Assembly (NCBI RefSeq): GCF_001194135.2 | Contig: NC_068989.1 | Span: 31,503,597 to 31,557,995 of the forward strand | DNA from: Octopus bimaculoides | Lineage: Eukaryota | DNA length: 54,399 nucleotides | Direction: 5' to 3' | Shown: positions 48,558 to 54,399 of the stretch, piece by piece | Layout of the letters: each line of letters begins with the position of its first letter | Position numbering within the stretch: the stretch's first letter is position 1 | Translations under genes and position numbers: made by a program | The notes under the pieces: model-generated | Databases searched by the model: none | What the model was told of the DNA's origin: nothing | The model's input: only the letters and a program-made list of their open reading frames with translations

Positions 48558-49033
48558 AATGAATACAGGAGTTACATATGAGCAACTTATTATGCTCAGG
48601 ATAGCATAGTAATATGAGCAACTTACTATGCTCAGGATAGCATAGTAAGCACACAGGCTTGTATAACACACAATGCATGATCCAGCAATTGTTCAGGCTC
48701 AAATGACATGGCTACACCATAAGAAAATGTGAGAAAAGAACCAAGAAAACATTACAAGACAAAACAAGAACAAAATATTAAAAGACATGAGGGAAATAAA
48801 GAATATCGTTAATCTTGTGTGTATACATCTAAATAGACTTATTATTTGAGTCTCAACAATTGTCAGATTGCACATTGTACACTATATAAGCCTGTCTAAT
48901 TTCTTCACTATCCAAGCATGAAACTTGAAGTAGCTTAAGTATAACTTCTGCATTCATTAAATGACATTCATCTCCCAGTGTAATGAGTATTTTTTTTACT
49001 GAATATATCAACAAGTGAACGATATACCATTTA

Positions 49034-49159
<126 letters not shown>

Positions 49160-49269
49160 CACATATACACATGCACATACACACACACATAAACATATAT
49201 ATATATAAAGAGAGAGGGAGAAACATAAGTATACAGATATGTCAACATCTTTTATAATATAAATATATA

Positions 49270-49300
<31 letters not shown>

Positions 49301-49617
49301 ACATGCACACACACACATATATACATACATGTGGTTTTTTAATGCATGAATAATTTCAGTATACATCCTTATTTACTTTCTTTATTGTCCTTCCTCTCTC
49401 TCTTTCTTGCTCTCTATGCACTGTACCCCGCTGCCCCAATCTTACAGCAACATGTCTGATACCAATCACTATATTCATATTAATCATTAACCCATAAACA
49501 GAAATCTCAATATATAAATACAGTAAAATGATCTCCCACACCCAATCACATATTCATACATTGATTGTTATAGAATATAAATAATGTTAAAAAATATTTT
49601 TAACAAACTGAAATTAC

Positions 49618-50393
49618 CCCAATTGTTTAAAAAATTAATTCCATGGACTGATGTTTTTGTAGATGAATAACAATGAATTATGGTGATGATAACAATAAAG
49701 ACAGACGATAATGATGACGTGATAGAAACAAAACATTGTTCAGATAACATGTGAGATGTGAATTCAAATGTTCTAAGCAGAGCCCTTCTTAGGGAAAACA
49801 ATGAGAAGCTAGTTGGAAGGCTATATTTAGCCCCTTTGCAGCAACACACATTAATGTCCCAAATGTTAGAATACACTTCTCATAGTACATATTCTTATTC
49901 AATTTTGTGAACTTGTTTAACTTTTTGCTGATGCCAACCATTACTAGTAATGTTCTCTTTTTCCAAGAACAAACAACATTACTCTTTAGTTTGCAAAATT
50001 GATAGCTAATCCCCTGCAACTGATGATTGATTAGGCATTAGTAGTTATGGCAACTACATGCCCATTGTTCTACAGAAATGCATTGTTGAAGAATGTAAGA
50101 AGAAATTCATATAACAGTCTTAAAAAACAACTAACAAAATAAAATAAAAGAAAAGAAACAACAGAGTCTGGGATATTTTAGGGCCTTCTTCATTATATCA
50201 TCTTTTATCTGGTGACGCAGATGCTAGTCTCCTGAACTTGATGCTGTTTCCTTTCCACCAGAAAACTCACAGAGAAGTGAATCTAGAAAGCAGAATTATC
50301 ATGTGAGAATGTGGGGAATACTGAAAGCCAAAAGTTTCTGGATTGGAATGTTTCAATTCTTGGAGATTTGTAGCCTCAAGGTGACAGCCAGGC
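49618..50393 (-). other. Candidate pair of spliced exons (50393-50271 and 49787-49618), product unknown
   Basis: Acceptors ctttcattacag| and ttgttttccctaag|, donors |gtgagt and |gtaatt; 123-nt and 170-nt exons join into one open frame. Confidence 0.25.
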
Positions 50394-50869
50394 CTGTAAT
50401 GAAAGATAAAATAAATTTGAAAATACATTATTCAAAATATTTATGACAAGCTGCACTAATTGTTACAAAATAAAGAAAAACAACATAAGCAATCAGCTCC
50501 AGAACTGTGGTTATCGACAATAGAATCTATTACATATATAATAAGGACGAAATTTGTCAGTCAGTCAATTTCTCATATTTATGCTCACATGTACAATAGT
50601 TATTCAAACATCAGGTAAAATCCCTTATGATAGTCATTCCAACTGTGATTAAACCTTGAGAGTGATGGGCTCTTCAAGACTTACATATCCCAAACTTTCT
50701 GTACATCATGACCATTTGTATCTTGAGGTGAGTGAATTGGGTGTTGTAGCACCAGGGCCCAGAAAGATTACAAGTCTTTTATCATATTTTAATTATACAT
50801 TGATGAGAGTAGGGCCCATATTATCAGTAAAGCAAATGGACTTGGAAACATGTATACAATATATATATT

Positions 50870-53100
50870 GCCCAGGTAACTGATCTAGTAGGAATTTATA
50901 TTTTATTCTGCATAAACAAAGAATTTCAAAAAATTGCGGGAGGCTTATACAGGGGTGACACACTATTCGCCTGGGAAATGGAAAGACAAAGGAAAACATT
51001 ATTCAAATTCTTCAAAGGCATGGGACTTTCCATTTCAATAGAGGAGGAGCATGACACAGTCAACTCCTTAGATGTTGCACTAGACCTAAGTACTAGCCTA
51101 TTCAAACCATACCATAAACCTAATAAAAACCTTAAATACATTCACTATAATAGCAATCACCCCAAGTGATTAACCCTATTTATAGTCTTAAACATTTCCA
51201 CCCACAAATCAAGACTGTCAGCTAATGAGGAGATATTTAAGCAAAATGAGAATTATTATAACAAAGTGTTGGAGGAGGTAGGATACAAAGAAAAATTAGT
51301 GTATAGCCTAGGAAACGAAATCAAAATAGATATATATATATATAATAAGGTTACCTGTCAGACACCAAAATACACAAAAATATAACCATAAAAACCTAGT
51401 AAAACCCTACAAGAAGATAGAGGAACCAAAAAAAAAAAAAAGACAGGAATGAATACATAGGATACAATCAAAGAATAAACAGCTTGAATGGTAATAAAAA
51501 AGATTCGAACACAGGTGAATCTCTTGTGAAACTACCAAGTGAAAATAACAGTAGAAACCATAGAATGCTCCGTATTAGAAATGTAGCAAACCACCCCAGA
51601 TGCACATATATACAAAACACAACAATGAAATACAATAATGCCCTACACACCCAAACAACCACCACAGAAATAAGAAAGGCCCTAACACTAACAACCACAT
51701 AATACTTAATAATATCAAAACTAATAGTAATTCCAGGACTACTCTGTGGTATAATGCTACATTTGGGAAACAAATACTGTCCAGTATTCTGAAGCAGTTT
51801 TGCACCATGATCGAGAAACACTTTCCCAAGAATATTCAATATGCACAATGTCCGACTCACTTTTCCACTAGTTATAACCCATCACACAATGCGAGAAGAC
51901 TTTTCCACTAGTCATAACCTATCACACAATGCGAGGACCAGTGAAAGTAGTAGACAACACAAGAAATATGAATCTATCAATGAAAATATTGATAATATGA
52001 ATCTGAATGAAAAGGTAGAAACAGTTAAGAACAAAAGGGATCAGAACAATAACACCAAAATAACACACACTGTAATGAGGGCGGGTAATAATCTAAGAAT
52101 CAGCAGTCAAAAGGAAACAACCCTAATACAAACTGATACCTCGACTAGACAGGGAGTGTGAACCACTAGAAATAACAGCACACAATCACCTATGCATAGA
52201 AAGCTTAGAAAAAATACTTCACCGATAGAAACAAGGATAGCACAGACATCTAGCAAGAGCCATGACACAATAAATAATAGAAACATGGAATTAGGTCACT
52301 GTAATTGTGCCAGAGATGCAGTATGCCCATTAGACTCAAGATGTTTGATGAAGAACTAAGTCTATAGATGCAGAATCAATTCTGAGGGAAGGACATAATA
52401 TATGGTTCAGCTTTTTTAATTCCAAGAGAAGGCTAGCCAATCACTTAAACTCATATAGGAATAGAAATAAGATGAATCATATGAGCCTAAGCAAACTAAT
52501 CTGCTCAACTACAGACAGGAACCATAGCTATAATATGGAGTGAGAAATAACCTGTACAGCTAAACTATACTGGGTAGGGAAAAATAGATGTGAGTCATGT
52601 ATAGAAGAATTATACCAAAATATTTGCATAAAAAGAAACAAATTTACTTAATACCAGATTTGAACAGGCCTTAAGATGCTTACGTAAACATAGCAAAACA
52701 TTGAAGAAATTTCAAAAAAAATTCTAGATAATCCAATGCTCCATCCACAGCTGAGTGTGAAAGGATGGATAGAAGAACATATCCTAAACTCAAAAAAATT
52801 CATGGCCTTCCTTAACAAATTTAGCATATATTCTATTCGAAGTATACTGCAAAACATAAACAGCACCAAACACTACACTTGAAAAGAAGGCTACAGCATA
52901 CCCAACTACTACAAAACACTGATCAGACAACAACTGGTGTGAATCTGAGGTCAACCGCGCAAGCCTACAAACAGATCAGATTTCAGTTTCAACCTCCACC
53001 CGAACCCTAACTAACAAATAACTCCATTTGTTTGAAACTAGCCAAATGGACAGACCCTGAAGAAGCTGCACCAAAACAAACTGTGCCAGGTTGCATCTGC
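50870..53100 (+). mobile_element. Degraded Penelope-like element (RT C-half, linker, GIY-YIG)
   Basis: VTDLVGIYIL...GGLYRGD, LDVALDL...FKPYHKPN...YIHYNSNHP, IWYNATF...KHFPK, CNCARDAVCPLDSRC...VYRC...NH. Confidence 0.8.
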
Positions 53101-53599
53101 AAGTGCCTGTAATCAGTGCAATGAAAACATGTGTAAGTCATAAAGTCCATAAAATTATGCTATATAAAATTGTAAAATAAGAGGAAATAAACTCTGAGGG
53201 TGAATAAGTCTCCATGTTCTATATCATTATAATTATTGCCATTATACACTCCAGACAATATTACTGTCCAGTGAAGTGAATAATTACCCACCAGAGGAAT
53301 TTACAGTGTGAATGACAACTAATAGTAATTATAGACATTAAATACTAATCAATGTGGTAAGCTGTAACCTGGAACATAACTGAGAGCCACCACGGTATTC
53401 ACCCAGATGATAATCCCTCCAAACTCACACATACACACAAACATAATAAAAAGTAATGTATATTTTACGTCCAATTTATAGAACTTTTTCTGTTATTTCA
53501 TACAGCTGACAAAGGGTTGGACTATATCCGAGTAAGTAATACTCATTGAAATTTATTTCTATTTTTCCAAATATAATGATGCATTTTAACTTGATACCT

Positions 53600-54399
53600 C
53601 CACTACCCACACAGCGATCATAAACACACGTGTTACCTCAACATCAGACCATCTCCGAACCCAAACAGCATGTACAAAAAAATTACAAACAGATTAAATA
53701 ACACCGGTATTATTCCACCCAAAAATAACAACCGAGAAGTGCTTGTTACACAAAAAGTACGAAGATCTGAACGTGCAAAACAATCTGACAACAGAAATGA
53801 ACGAACCGGTACCCTACGAAAACGACAACCATCAAAATAAAGGGCCGGACATTGTTCCTCATGTCCCGCAAACAAAACTAAAACAGCATAAATGGACACG
53901 TGAGGAATACATTTCGATCCTACACGCTTATTTCACAGCAGTGCTCTACCCAAAAAACGAAAACGCAACAACACATACATATAAAATATGGAAGAAAAAT
54001 AATGTAAACAAAGACCTCGATAAAACAATGAGCCCTAACAAACTAGCTAACATATGAAGATATATTCTAAAAGCAAAAAAAAATATCAGAAATATAAATA
54101 GAACAATTGAAAGGAAAAATACATCAGGAAAATCTAGATAGTAGTCACACAGCAATGCCAAATAATAATATAAACACTGAGATAGTAAAACACGAGGACA
54201 AACGTAAAATTTCCGGCAAAAACGAAGTAAACAAAAAACAACAAACCCAGACCGTAGAGATGTATAATAATGTACAAAAAGCACCAATCCAGAACACTAC
54301 AGACAAACATATGAATGAAAAGGAAGGCAAAACAATATAAAGCCTGGAAATAACGAAGGGAAACCTAATAATTACGATACTATGAAAATGAAAATAACC
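53600..54399 (+). mobile_element. 5' part of an R4/Dong-like LINE ORF (runs off the window)
   Basis: KWTREEYISILHAYFTAVLYP...TYKIW resembles the KWTxEE...YY N-terminal motif of R4/Dong ORFs; contains a stop. Confidence 0.55.

Noticed and set aside
48576-48647. 36-bp direct repeat as a CRISPR-like array
   Set aside because: Two adjacent copies with no spacer in a eukaryotic context; a simple tandem duplication.
53053-53092. gacc-CTGAAGA...ggtt hammerhead candidate
   Set aside because: The position fits a pLTR and stem I is possible, but GAAA, stem II and stem III are not recoverable from this copy.

Overview
This is a gap-riddled, AT-rich, repeat-dominated stretch of an animal genome. The SINE set and microsatellite load suggest an octopus (inference, not verified). 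No host protein-coding gene is confidently present, and most ORFs in the track are artefacts of N-gaps or (TA)/(CA)/(TACA) microsatellites. The window holds degraded mobile elements: at least six Penelope-like elements (PLEs, RT plus GIY-YIG), two R4/Dong-like LINEs, a near full-length CR1-group LINE, a Gypsy protease fragment fused to an LTR, Tc1 and mariner relics, Helitron pieces, several MITEs and tRNA/CORE SINEs. The most interesting layer is RNA structure. About a dozen minimal type I hammerhead ribozyme motifs sit in PLE-type terminal repeats, repeatedly as outward-pointing pairs on the arms of foldback elements. Highlights are an inverted pair with fully intact catalytic cores and long stem II (13002-13083 minus, 13600-13681 plus), a hammerhead-shaped motif with G at position 3 (41503-41549 minus), and a 1.56-kb element with about 215-bp inverted termini carrying a decayed non-RT ORF with a cryptic CCHC zinc knuckle (7567-9124). 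A palindromic MITE has back-to-back telomeric repeats at its centre (22548-23126), and a SINE shares its 3' tail with the CR1-group LINE. All calls were made by eye, without database searches.
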